A stretch of 64,000 nt of DNA from Clostridiales bacterium (GTDB lineage: Bacteria > Bacillota > Clostridia > Lachnospirales > WQUN01). A model generated the notes under the pieces. The model was given only the letters and a program-made list of their open reading frames with translations, was not told the origin of the DNA and ran no database searches. Below, piece after piece: positions 8,641-17,770 of this stretch (position 1 is its first letter; the number at the start of each line of letters is the position of its first letter). The translations under genes were made by a program, and so were the position numbers. The stretch is from assembly GCA_031263155.1 (NCBI GenBank), contig JAISGK010000102.1, positions 7,028 through 71,027 of the forward strand. The letters run 5' to 3'.

Positions 8641-9621
8641 TCACATAAACATTTTTGACAGTTGCTCCCGGTACTCGTCGAGAAAATCAACTTGCTGTGT
8701 GCCATAGTCCGGCGACTTGCAGTTTATGCATATCTTATTTGCGTCGCGCCCGGAGATTTGCGTCTTGAGAAACTCGCGGCGGCTATTGTCATTCCAGATT
8801 TCCAGCAAGCTGCCCTTTGTGATGTTTCCGAATACCGCAGGCGGTTCAATATAGCAACACCCGATTACGTTGCCGTTGGGCAGCACAACCGCTATGTAGA
8901 ACGGCATCGGGCACACATCAACCCGCCGCGCCTCGTCATCATTGTTTTTGGCGTATTTCAACTCGCTGCCCATAGCGCTGTGGTCGATTTGCTGAATGTT
9001 TGGAAATAAATGCTCCACTACTGCCGTGTCGCTGATGGGGTCGAACAGAGCGTGAAAATTCTCGACCGAAACATCAAGCGCGATGTCTATAATTTTGACA
9101 TACAAGTCCGTGCTGGCCTTGCGACGGTAGAAATACCGCAGGTTGTCAATGAACCCGTCAAAATTCAGCTTCACGCCGCAAACCTTCTCATAGGCTGACG
9201 CGCCGCAGCCTTGCAGTGATACGCGCATACGATCCAGCCCCGCGTCAATCAGGGCGTTTGACATCTCACGCGTCAACAGACTGCCGTTTGTTACTATTTC
9301 GACACGCTCTGCAGCGGTGCGTTCCTTGGCGTAACGCACCATATCGGCAATGCGCGGATGGGTCAGTGGCTCGCCGTGGCCGTCGAACATCAGCACCTTG
9401 GGCTTGACAGGCAGAGCGGCAACGTCGTCAACCGCTTTCGTGAACACCTCAAACGGCATTAACTGTTTTACGAATCCGATCTCTGCCTGTTCACTGGCAG
9501 TCATACTATGTACACAGTACGAACACTTAAAATTGCAGTAATACGACGCAAATATATGCACCGACAGAGGCGACGCAAGTGGGAGTTTTGTAATTAGCGG
9601 CACGCGCTTAGGTATTGCCAT
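8641..9621 (-). CDS. Radical SAM/SPASM-type protein, paralogue C (326 aa)
   Basis: ASYYCNFKCSYCVHS; GEPLTH, IVTNGSLLT, MRVSLQG; CPMPFYIAVVLPNGNVIGCC...CINC. The start overlaps the upstream stop by 1 nt. Confidence 0.85.
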   Translation of the reverse strand: MAIPKRVPLITKLPLASPLSVHIFASYYCNFKCSYCVHSMTASEQAEIGFVKQLMPFEVFTKAVDDVAALPVKPKVLMFDGHGEPLTHPRIADMVRYAKERTAAERVEIVTNGSLLTREMSNALIDAGLDRMRVSLQGCGASAYEKVCGVKLNFDGFIDNLRYFYRRKASTDLYVKIIDIALDVSVENFHALFDPISDTAVVEHLFPNIQQIDHSAMGSELKYAKNNDDEARRVDVCPMPFYIAVVLPNGNVIGCCYIEPPAVFGNITKGSLLEIWNDNSRREFLKTQISGRDANKICINCKSPDYGTQQVDFLDEYREQLSKMFM

Positions 9622-10637
9622 TAATTATTTACCTCATATCGTTTTAAAACACCAGCGGCGCAATCGTCTAAATGTTCTTCTTTCCAGTGAATTCCTACGT
9701 ATTTTGATACGCAATTCTTGCAATACGGCAAACTAGAAGCCTCAAACCGCAGCAGTTGTTTGCATAGCTCGCGCTGTTCGCCATTCCATATGTCAATGAG
9801 TCGTTTTTCATGAATGTTTCCCAATACTGGGTTAAAATAGTCGCAACAGGGTATAACATCACCTGTTACGGTTACATCCGTCATATAAAACGGTTGCGGG
9901 CAAACTTCAAACATGTCGGATTCTATACCGTACTGGCTGGATTTAGCTGATATTTCATCAGTATACTGCACTCCTTCTTTGCTAAACATTGGAACAGTAG
10001 GGCCAATAAACATATCATCGCACATTTCGCCGAACATATCATAAAACTTAGTATCTTCACCGGGTGCAAGCGCAACGTCGGCAATTTTTATGTGTACGCC
10101 CATATTGCCGCGATTCTCATATAAATATTTAATCTCGCCTACGAAGTTTGGAAAATCAATGTCCGCGCCGCAGATTTTGCGGTACGATTCTGCGTTTAAC
10201 CCTTGCAGAGAAATCATTATGCGGTCTGCTCCGCTTGAAATTAATTTTTCGCTCCTTTCGCGTGTAAGCAGTAACCCATTTGAGAAGAACGAAAGATATT
10301 CAATTTTCCCCGTCGCTTTCAACATATCGCAAATCTGCTCAAACTGCGGATGACACAGAGGTTCTCCCATACCGCAAATTCTACAACTTTTGAAAGAACA
10401 GGGGAAATCGCCAAGCTGCTCGCAAACGCACTCGACCGTTTCCATGCTGACTAGAGAATTGTGAAAGTGTGGGTTCGCTTTCTTTTTCTCTGGTGAAAGG
10501 CTGTGGAAGCAATACCTACACCGAATATTGCAAATGTGTGATACCTGCATAACAAAAGTATACGGCGTTGCCAATGGTACGACATCGCGAAGCCATTGAC
10601 GATTTGAGTCAACATTAGGTTGAACCTTGGCTGCCAT
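9621..10637 (-). CDS. Radical SAM/SPASM-type protein, paralogue B (338 aa)
   Basis: VSHICNIRCRYCFHS; GEPLCH, FFSNGLLLT, IMISLQG; CPQPFYMTDVTVTGDVIPCCDY...CKNC. A 2-nt gap follows paralogue A. Confidence 0.85.
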   Translation of the reverse strand: MAAKVQPNVDSNRQWLRDVVPLATPYTFVMQVSHICNIRCRYCFHSLSPEKKKANPHFHNSLVSMETVECVCEQLGDFPCSFKSCRICGMGEPLCHPQFEQICDMLKATGKIEYLSFFSNGLLLTRERSEKLISSGADRIMISLQGLNAESYRKICGADIDFPNFVGEIKYLYENRGNMGVHIKIADVALAPGEDTKFYDMFGEMCDDMFIGPTVPMFSKEGVQYTDEISAKSSQYGIESDMFEVCPQPFYMTDVTVTGDVIPCCDYFNPVLGNIHEKRLIDIWNGEQRELCKQLLRFEASSLPYCKNCVSKYVGIHWKEEHLDDCAAGVLKRYEVNN

Positions 10638-10639
10638 TA

Positions 10640-11650
10640 CTAAATAACCTCCAAACGCTTGATGATCTCACCAACGGAACCGTCTAAATTATCGGATGGC
10701 TGCTGATTATTAGGAACATAGCAATCAACACAATTGTAGTCATACTCACATCTTAGCTGGCGCAGGAGGACTTCTTTGCGCGCCTTGCCGTTCCAAATAT
10801 CGACCAACGATTGAGTATGAACATTGCCGATTGGGGGCTCATAAAAATTACAGCACGGCAACACGTCGCCACCCGGCCATACCGCGATGGTATAGAAACA
10901 ATTCGGACAGACACGGGTAGTCTTTAGGTCTTGCTGGTATTTGTTTTTGGAGCCGTCTTTGTCCTCCAAATAACTGTAGTCAACATCCTTAAACAGTGGG
11001 ACGATATGTTCCACATATATCTTGTCGCAAATGTCGCCGAACATTTCATAGAATTTTTGTTCGTTTCCATCAAGGGCAATATCAGCACATTTTATGTACA
11101 ACTTGGCGTTGCCTTTTATCGAACAGAAATATGCTATTCGTTCGATTATCTGCGTAAGATCTACGGTTGCTCCTGCTATGTCTTTGTATTTTTCCGCTGT
11201 TATTCCTTGCAAAGAAATCCGCAATTCGCTCAAGCCCGCATCTAACAATTCTTCAGAGAGCTTTTTTGTAAGCAATGTTCCGTTGGTAAAAAATTGGATT
11301 CTATCCGCGATACCCGCCTCGTTGATAAGTCTGACAATACGGGGCAAATCCGTGTGCAGAAGGGGTTCGCCAAAGCTGGTTAAGTTTATATCTTTTATCT
11401 TATCGGGAAACGATTGGCAATCAAATATCGCTTTTTCAACAGTTTCCAACGTCATATATGCGCCCCCCCAGCGCTGGATATACGACTTGTAATTTTCCGA
11501 GTGCTTCCAATAACTCTGAACGCAGTATTTACAAGACAAATTGCAAACAAGCGTTGGGCAAAAAAACATCGTTAACGGTGTTTGCAGCGGAATATTTTCC
11601 GCAAGGATCATTCTGTCTGTGCTGTAATAAGGATTATTTTCTGCCTTCAT
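10640..11650 (-). CDS. Radical SAM/SPASM-type protein, paralogue A (336 aa)
   Basis: PTLVCNLSCKYCVQS; GEPLLH, FFTNGTLLT, LRISLQG; CPNCFYTIAVWPGGDVLPCCNF...CVDC. A 2-nt gap follows the FkbM gene. Confidence 0.85.
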   Translation of the reverse strand: MKAENNPYYSTDRMILAENIPLQTPLTMFFCPTLVCNLSCKYCVQSYWKHSENYKSYIQRWGGAYMTLETVEKAIFDCQSFPDKIKDINLTSFGEPLLHTDLPRIVRLINEAGIADRIQFFTNGTLLTKKLSEELLDAGLSELRISLQGITAEKYKDIAGATVDLTQIIERIAYFCSIKGNAKLYIKCADIALDGNEQKFYEMFGDICDKIYVEHIVPLFKDVDYSYLEDKDGSKNKYQQDLKTTRVCPNCFYTIAVWPGGDVLPCCNFYEPPIGNVHTQSLVDIWNGKARKEVLLRQLRCEYDYNCVDCYVPNNQQPSDNLDGSVGEIIKRLEVI

Positions 11651-11652
11651 TC

Positions 11653-12795
11653 TCAGCGCCCTCCCACCGTAGCGTATAAGACGGTTTCAAACGTGTATTC
11701 ATAATGATTACGCAAATAAAACCTATACTGTGGCGTCAAGACGTGCAGCATGTTAGGGATTTCCCACAGATCCGACACATAATGATAGACGCAGATTGCA
11801 AGGTCGGGCGCGCCGCTCTTGATTAAACGCTCCGCCCCGCAAATGGCGGCAGCCTCGCTGCCCTCAATATCCATTTTTATAGTCAGGCCATCCGGGTTCT
11901 TGATAATATCGTCTAGTCTTACTGTCTGCAAAATACTCTTGCCATCTTCGGCAATTCGAGAGTTTCCGCTGCTGCGATCATCAAATTTAACAAAACCGCT
12001 CTCATCAGAAATGGCAAGTGGGAGACATAACGTGTCGATCTTATAGGACATGGCATTTTTAACCAACAGCGAATAACTTTCTAACGACGGCTCAAAGCCT
12101 ATATACCACTCACATTTTGTGCGGGACATCAGCTCGTTTAGCGTATCGCCATTATACGCGCCGCAATCAACGAAACGGCGATAGTTATTGGCAAAAGGCA
12201 CACTATTGTCAAAATACTGCGGAATATTGGCGTCAATAGCATCTCCATAATTGTGTTGGGTGTGGGCTTGTAAAATATTCGCGAATACCGACTTTGAGTG
12301 TTCATCTGACAACAGCATAAAAGCGTCGCATACTGCGTCTGCTGAATCGGAAATATACCGCATATCTTCACTGACGCGCGAAACCTGCACTGATGTAGTC
12401 ATTAGCGCGTAGGCGTTTAGCGTATTTTGATAGCCATAGCCCTTTATACGTTTTTCAAGGCTGTTATAATCGCTCTTGTTGAGCATAACAGCCACGATTA
12501 CAAGGGCTTTTTCTTTTATCGCGTCGCTCACCGTATCAGAGTCAGGCAGTACAATCGGGATATTAGCGTAATGCGTTTTGCCGCTGGGGTTTGCGTCAAG
12601 GAAGAACGCGACATCGTCTTGGCGGCCTAGGTTTGTCAGAATCGCCAAGGTTCGTTTTCCAAGATTCCCCGCGCCGTATATGATGATTTTCTTGTATGGA
12701 GATATGATAGCGCTGGCCGTATCGGCCGCGCTGGCTGCACTAGCGGTGTTGGCCGCTAGTTTCCTTATCGTTTCAACTGTTGGCAATGTTATCAT
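11653..12795 (-). CDS. FkbM-family methyltransferase with an N-terminal Rossmann-like domain
   Basis: The C-terminal half carries FVDCGAYNGDT...GFEPS...IKMDIEGSE (FkbM pattern). The N-terminal IIIYGAGNLGKR resembles NeuD/PglD-type N-domains. Confidence 0.75.
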   Translation of the reverse strand: MITLPTVETIRKLAANTASAASAADTASAIISPYKKIIIYGAGNLGKRTLAILTNLGRQDDVAFFLDANPSGKTHYANIPIVLPDSDTVSDAIKEKALVIVAVMLNKSDYNSLEKRIKGYGYQNTLNAYALMTTSVQVSRVSEDMRYISDSADAVCDAFMLLSDEHSKSVFANILQAHTQHNYGDAIDANIPQYFDNSVPFANNYRRFVDCGAYNGDTLNELMSRTKCEWYIGFEPSLESYSLLVKNAMSYKIDTLCLPLAISDESGFVKFDDRSSGNSRIAEDGKSILQTVRLDDIIKNPDGLTIKMDIEGSEAAAICGAERLIKSGAPDLAICVYHYVSDLWEIPNMLHVLTPQYRFYLRNHYEYTFETVLYATVGGR

Positions 12796-13820
12796 TTTGC
12801 CACCCTTTCAATTTCGGCGTTAAACCGCCGCAAATTTTCGACCGCGCTACAGTGCGATATAGCATATCGCCTTGCCGCCTGCCCCAGGCGCCGGCGCTCC
12901 GCTTCGCTGTCAAACAGGCGCCGAATCGCCGACGCATACTCTTGCGGGTTGTTCACTGTCAACCCTGTCGCCCCGTTTTGCACAATCCAACACCCGATGG
13001 GGCTTTGCGAGATCACAACAGGCAGCCCAACCGCCATCGCTTCCAGCGCGGAGTTGTCTATGCTCGCGGTCGTGTCGGGGCGCATAAGATAGCTAAATAC
13101 GTCAAACCGGCGCAAATTGTCATATACATTATTGCGCCAGCCAATGAACGTGAAATATCGCCCCATACCACGGCGGGCGATATCATTTTGTACACTGCCG
13201 TCATTCTCTCCTAGCATTGTAAAGTGACTATTGGGCACGGTGCCAAGGGCGGCATCGCAGTAATCAACAAAATTGCTTGGCAGGCGCTTATAGGTTGGCA
13301 TCCCTACATAGCCGATACTTAACGCGCCGCTTTTGAGAGAGTAGTCTGTTTTGCGCGTAAGCTCGCCGGGGTTAAAGTCGCCAAATCCGTAAACAGGGGC
13401 CGGATTTTTTGCGGCATAGCGCGAAATGCCAAGAGTCGCCGGTGTGGTCACAAGCAAGCGCTCGCATTTGTCAAGTACGTCATCGGGCATCAACTCTCCC
13501 GAGAAGCCATTGTTGTGATACCAGATCAACAGTGGTTTATTGATTGTAAGGCCGCGAATAAAATCATTCAGGAAAGCGCTGGCCCAATAACTTATTACCG
13601 CAATATCAGCCCACGCCAACGCGCCATCTATCGCTGATAAAGGCAGTACCGCAACGCCATTTGCCTTGCAGCGTTCTATGTGGTTGAGCTTGCGCGGCTC
13701 TTGCAACAGCAGTATGCGGTGGGAGTGCCCGCCCTCGCGGCTGCCGAGTATCGCCAACCCGCTAATCGCCTTACCCGCGCCGTCTCCCAAATGCGCGGCT
13801 ATGTGGAGAATATTGGCCAT
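12792..13820 (-). CDS. Glycosyltransferase family 1/4 (GT-B)
   Basis: The C-terminal NSALEAMAVGLPVVIS...GATGLTV...RRLGQAARRYA is the typical GT4 EX7E-region pattern. Confidence 0.85.
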   Translation of the reverse strand: MANILHIAAHLGDGAGKAISGLAILGSREGGHSHRILLLQEPRKLNHIERCKANGVAVLPLSAIDGALAWADIAVISYWASAFLNDFIRGLTINKPLLIWYHNNGFSGELMPDDVLDKCERLLVTTPATLGISRYAAKNPAPVYGFGDFNPGELTRKTDYSLKSGALSIGYVGMPTYKRLPSNFVDYCDAALGTVPNSHFTMLGENDGSVQNDIARRGMGRYFTFIGWRNNVYDNLRRFDVFSYLMRPDTTASIDNSALEAMAVGLPVVISQSPIGCWIVQNGATGLTVNNPQEYASAIRRLFDSEAERRRLGQAARRYAISHCSAVENLRRFNAEIERVAK

Positions 13821-14632
13821 TCGTCACACGCTTCCCCAACATTCTTTACAGCCTGCTCAAAGCCAAGCTGCGGCGAGTACCCCGTTTCGGCCGCCAGCGG
13901 CGCGATGTCAAACCACTCACGCTGAAAGCGCAGGCCATCGTCGGGGCGCGCGCCGATGTTCACCTTGTCGCTTACACCTAATATATGCGGCAGTTGCGTC
14001 AAATAATCGCGCAAAACGCGAGGCTGTCCCGAACCAATAAAATATTCGCGTTTGCTCAGTCTATATTCTCCCGCAAGTCTAAGCCCCAAGGCCAAATCTT
14101 CAACGGCGACCACATCGTACCACGTCTTTGCCAAACCGAACGCTGGCGACACGCCTTTGAGCAAGTTTGAAACGGCATAGGCCATCATCTGCTCCGGCTT
14201 TATGCCGCGCCCTATAGGGTGGCATACCGTACACCAAACGAAGTCTATGCCCAATTGCCTCGCCAACCTGTCTGCCATGGCGTGGGAATAACGCTTTGAC
14301 AGTATGTAAAAATCAGAAATGCCCACTGCGTCCGGCAACGGCAGAAACTCGTAAACGGTACCCAACGACACAAATTTTTGACAGCCGACTTTGTATGCCG
14401 CTCTCAGGGTTTCAAGGGTCAGCGCCGCGTTGCCCGCTTGCAAAACGGCGTCGCCCCGCCCCGGCCCGGACGCGCTCTCCCACGCCAAGTGATAGCATAC
14501 GTCGGCGGGAGTGGCTGGAAGTTCTCCGCGCTTAAGCGGGGTAACAATCACGCCGCGCGCCGCAATTTCAGCGGTCAAGTGCCGCCCAACAAACCCCGTC
14601 GCACCGGTAACGATTGCGTTTTTCATTTTCAT
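13799..14632 (-). CDS. NAD-dependent epimerase/dehydratase-family SDR (probable 4-ketoreductase)
   Basis: Rossmann motif VTGATGFVG and catalytic YxxxK (YILSK). It overlaps the GT4 start by 22 nt. Confidence 0.8.
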   Translation of the reverse strand: MKMKNAIVTGATGFVGRHLTAEIAARGVIVTPLKRGELPATPADVCYHLAWESASGPGRGDAVLQAGNAALTLETLRAAYKVGCQKFVSLGTVYEFLPLPDAVGISDFYILSKRYSHAMADRLARQLGIDFVWCTVCHPIGRGIKPEQMMAYAVSNLLKGVSPAFGLAKTWYDVVAVEDLALGLRLAGEYRLSKREYFIGSGQPRVLRDYLTQLPHILGVSDKVNIGARPDDGLRFQREWFDIAPLAAETGYSPQLGFEQAVKNVGEACDEWPIFST

Positions 14633-14673
14633 TTATTAAAGCACCAGCAGAATCACAGATTAAAAAACATAGC

Positions 14674-15189
14674 TTACCAACTTTTATCCTTCTCGCTCAC
14701 AACCCTAATCTCGCCTGGCCACTGTATACCAAAAGCAGGGTCGTCGTAACGGTATCCGCGCTCGCTGCCCGGTTGATAAAAGCACGTCACAAAGTATTGC
14801 ACCCAGGCGTCGTCGGTTAGCGTCAGATAGCCGTGGGCAAAGCCCTTTGGCACATACAGCGCGTTCCCCGCCGCCGCCGAAAGCTCCGCGCCCGCCCACT
14901 GCCCGAATGATTCGAAATTTTGGCGAACATCAACAGCCACGTCAAACACCGCGCCGCGAACACAAGTAACAAACTTGTCTTCGGCAAACTCTCCCCTTTG
15001 GCAGTGCAGACCGCGCAACGTGCCTTTGAGTATGTTTGTTGACAGGTTTACCTGAACTATATCACCGCACAGCCCCGCCGCCTCAAGCTCGCGCTTGCAA
15101 AACATTCTGGCGAATATGCCGCGCTCATCCTCAAAAGGTTCCAGCGTGATGATGTGCACTCCGTCCAGTCTGGTTTTTTCAAATTTCAT
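14674..15189 (-). CDS. RmlC-like sugar-nucleotide 3,5-epimerase (cupin)
   Basis: 171 aa: ...FEDERGIF...LRGLHCQ...VFDVAVDVR...YVPKGFAHGY..., the dTDP-4-dehydrorhamnose 3,5-epimerase family pattern. Confidence 0.85.
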   Translation of the reverse strand: MKFEKTRLDGVHIITLEPFEDERGIFARMFCKRELEAAGLCGDIVQVNLSTNILKGTLRGLHCQRGEFAEDKFVTCVRGAVFDVAVDVRQNFESFGQWAGAELSAAAGNALYVPKGFAHGYLTLTDDAWVQYFVTCFYQPGSERGYRYDDPAFGIQWPGEIRVVSEKDKSW

Positions 15190-15192
15190 TGT

Positions 15193-16710
15193 TTACCCTT
15201 TCGACACGCTAAACATGTAATCTTTGATCGTCAGATTTTGCAAATTCTGATTATTGTAGTTTGGATTGACCTTGCCAAGCCAACTTTTTATTATGGCCAA
15301 GTCGTCCTGCGACAACCTATATGATTCGCCGCCAATGCTAATATTTTTTCCGCCGAACAGCTTCAACGCTTTGCTAACCTCGTCTATGGACATAACCGCC
15401 GGGCAATCCTCGTCATTTGCGCCGCCAAACCCCGCCACCCGCATCAGCGCATTGTAGTCGCTCGTATTCCGCAGTTTAAACAGCAAAATACCACCGCGTT
15501 TTGCAAAGTTGTACAGACTTTGCAATAACGTTATTGGCGCGGAGTGATAACAGTTCAGCGGCTCGCACAGGGCGACAATGTCAAATGTCTCATCCGCGTA
15601 GTGGTTCTGAATGAAGTCCACTCGATCGCATTTGACCTCCGCCTCTGTTGTCTGCAAGTCGAGGAAGTATTTTGCCCGCGTGGTAAACGCCCAATTGCTT
15701 ACGTCCAACCTGCCGCGCCGGCGAAGGCGATTGCGAATCTCCAAAACGGGCGTGCCACAGCGCGCGTCAACGCACAGCGCGCTTATCTCGCCCTGCGGCA
15801 TATCCCAGGTGCCAAGGGGCGCGAGTAATTGTAATTCGTAATTATTAATATCGTCCCACGGGTCAATCCCGTGATATTTTTCGCGGTACAGACGCCGGCC
15901 GCTTTCTAAACTCGCCCGAAACGCCGCCGGGTCTTTGTCTTCCATATGGTCTAGATCGTGGTCGTGGCATACCCAGGTGTCTTTGCACAACATCAGTTTG
16001 TATCCCATACGGCGCAGACGGGCGGTCAGGTCGTCCTCGCTGAAATCGTGAACAAACGCAAAATCTCCAATTCCAACGCTGTCAAGCACTTGTCTGCTAA
16101 AAATACTCAATATGCTTATCAGCCGCATACGCTCCTCCCACTTGGAGGGATCGCTGATATTAAATGACGCGGCCTTACCCTGCATCTCGTCAAAATCTTT
16201 CCAGCCGCCCAAATCATACTGTTGTAAATTGCTTATATTACTTGATAAGGGCTCTACAAAACCTATGCGCGGGTCCGACTCAAAACACCGCAGCAGATTA
16301 GACAGCCAATTGGCAGTAACGTAAACGTCGTTTGATACGCCGACGAGGTATTTGCCGCTGTACACCTTGCGTATCGCCCCGAAAGAAAAGCCGCCGCCTA
16401 TATTTTTGCTTACCTTGATAATCCGCTTTTTGGGATGCTCCACCGACTGAAAATACTCGAACGTTCCGTCGCTTGAGCCGTTATCTATAAGTATCAGCTC
16501 ATAATCAATATCTGTTGTATATTTTAAAACGCACTCCACTGCGTACTTGGTCTTATGCAAGCGATTGTATCCCGTTATGAAAATACTGCACAGCGGCGCG
16601 CTGGGCACGTCATACTGCGAATAGGCCAGCAAGCGGTTGCCCCATAGTGTCCCATCTGCCGACACGGCAGTCTTATCGTCCGTATTTAGAAAAATTACGT
16701 CATTATCCAT
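15193..16710 (-). CDS. Family 2 glycosyltransferase fused to a C-terminal methyltransferase-like domain
   Basis: The N-terminal part is GT2-like (SIFITGYNR...LILIDNGSSDGT...). The C-terminal ~200 aa look Rossmann/SAM-MT-like (…LCVDARCGTPVLE…FDIVALCEPL…GGILLF). Confidence 0.75.
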   Translation of the reverse strand: MDNDVIFLNTDDKTAVSADGTLWGNRLLAYSQYDVPSAPLCSIFITGYNRLHKTKYAVECVLKYTTDIDYELILIDNGSSDGTFEYFQSVEHPKKRIIKVSKNIGGGFSFGAIRKVYSGKYLVGVSNDVYVTANWLSNLLRCFESDPRIGFVEPLSSNISNLQQYDLGGWKDFDEMQGKAASFNISDPSKWEERMRLISILSIFSRQVLDSVGIGDFAFVHDFSEDDLTARLRRMGYKLMLCKDTWVCHDHDLDHMEDKDPAAFRASLESGRRLYREKYHGIDPWDDINNYELQLLAPLGTWDMPQGEISALCVDARCGTPVLEIRNRLRRRGRLDVSNWAFTTRAKYFLDLQTTEAEVKCDRVDFIQNHYADETFDIVALCEPLNCYHSAPITLLQSLYNFAKRGGILLFKLRNTSDYNALMRVAGFGGANDEDCPAVMSIDEVSKALKLFGGKNISIGGESYRLSQDDLAIIKSWLGKVNPNYNNQNLQNLTIKDYMFSVSKG

Positions 16711-17770
16711 CTAAAGTATACTCCTCAATCTGCCGTATCATTACAGCGATTGCATCGCTGACAGCGTTTGTGTCGACGCTGTCATAAAACGCCCTGTACC
16801 ACTGTGCCGATAGTCTGACGGCTTCCGCAATGCCGTAGCGCGGTCTCCAGCCCAGGGCGGTCTTTATCTTGCCGCAGTTTAAGCTAAGCAGCCTTGCCTC
16901 GTAGGGTTGTTCGGCGCGCGCATGCTCCCAGGCCGCGCCATCGCCCCAGGCGTTGCAGAATATAGCGGCAAGCTCTCCATTATTGGCGGCGGAGTCCGGC
17001 CCGATATTATACGCTCCGGCGAGTGAAAGATCGGAGTACTGTTTTTCGGCAATCAGCAGATAGGCCGTGAGGGTGTCAAGCACAAATTGATACGGACGCG
17101 CCGATACCGGATTGCGTATGTTGATTAGCTTTTTTGCCGCCGCCGCTTTAGCGCAGTCAGGGATGATACGATTCGCGGCGAAGTCGCCGCCCCCTATTAC
17201 ATTGCCCGACCGAGCTGTTGATACCGCTATGTGTTTAGCGTGACAAAACGAGTTAACATAACTTGAGGTGACCATCTCAGAACACGATTTGCTGTTGCTA
17301 TAGGGGTCGCAGCCGTTCAGATAATCACCCTCGCGGTAATCCTCGCCGTTCTCGCGGTCCAGATATACCTTGTCTGTAGTGATATTGACAAACGACTTAA
17401 CGCAATCGGCATTGCGGATACACTCAAGAATATTTACTGTGCCCATCACGTTGGTTTCATACGTGTAACGCGGTCTTTGATAACTGTCTAACACCAGCGG
17501 TTGCGCCGCTAGGTGAAAAACTATCTCTGGCTTCGTTGCGTCAAACGCGTTTTGCAGTTTGTCAATATCCCGAATATCACCAATATGAGATTCCATTTTC
17601 GCGTCCAAGCCGCAAAGGTCCCAAAGGTTGGGCGCTGTGTTTGGGGCAAGGGCGTAACCGGCTATTTTTGCCCCAAACGTAAGCAACAACTCGCACAGCC
17701 ATGAGCCTTTAAACCCTGTGTGCCCCGTTATAAACACACGACGGCCACGCCAAAATTCAGCATTTATCAA
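16703..17770 (-). CDS. rfbG: CDP-glucose 4,6-dehydratase
   Basis: 355 aa with FWRGRRVFITGHTGFKGSWL and DPYSNSKSCSE (YxxxK). Overall length and pattern match RfbG. Confidence 0.88.
   Translation of the reverse strand: MINAEFWRGRRVFITGHTGFKGSWLCELLLTFGAKIAGYALAPNTAPNLWDLCGLDAKMESHIGDIRDIDKLQNAFDATKPEIVFHLAAQPLVLDSYQRPRYTYETNVMGTVNILECIRNADCVKSFVNITTDKVYLDRENGEDYREGDYLNGCDPYSNSKSCSEMVTSSYVNSFCHAKHIAVSTARSGNVIGGGDFAANRIIPDCAKAAAAKKLINIRNPVSARPYQFVLDTLTAYLLIAEKQYSDLSLAGAYNIGPDSAANNGELAAIFCNAWGDGAAWEHARAEQPYEARLLSLNCGKIKTALGWRPRYGIAEAVRLSAQWYRAFYDSVDTNAVSDAIAVMIRQIEEYTLDG

Noticed and set aside
7498-11650. The idea that the rSAM proteins are viperin-like antiviral enzymes or a defence system.
   Set aside because: They carry SPASM/twitch-type Cys-rich C-termini rather than the viperin C-terminal domain. 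They sit in a tight operon with sugar-modifying genes, and no nucleotide kinase or other defence-island neighbours were seen. The adjacent PIN cassette looks like a later insertion.
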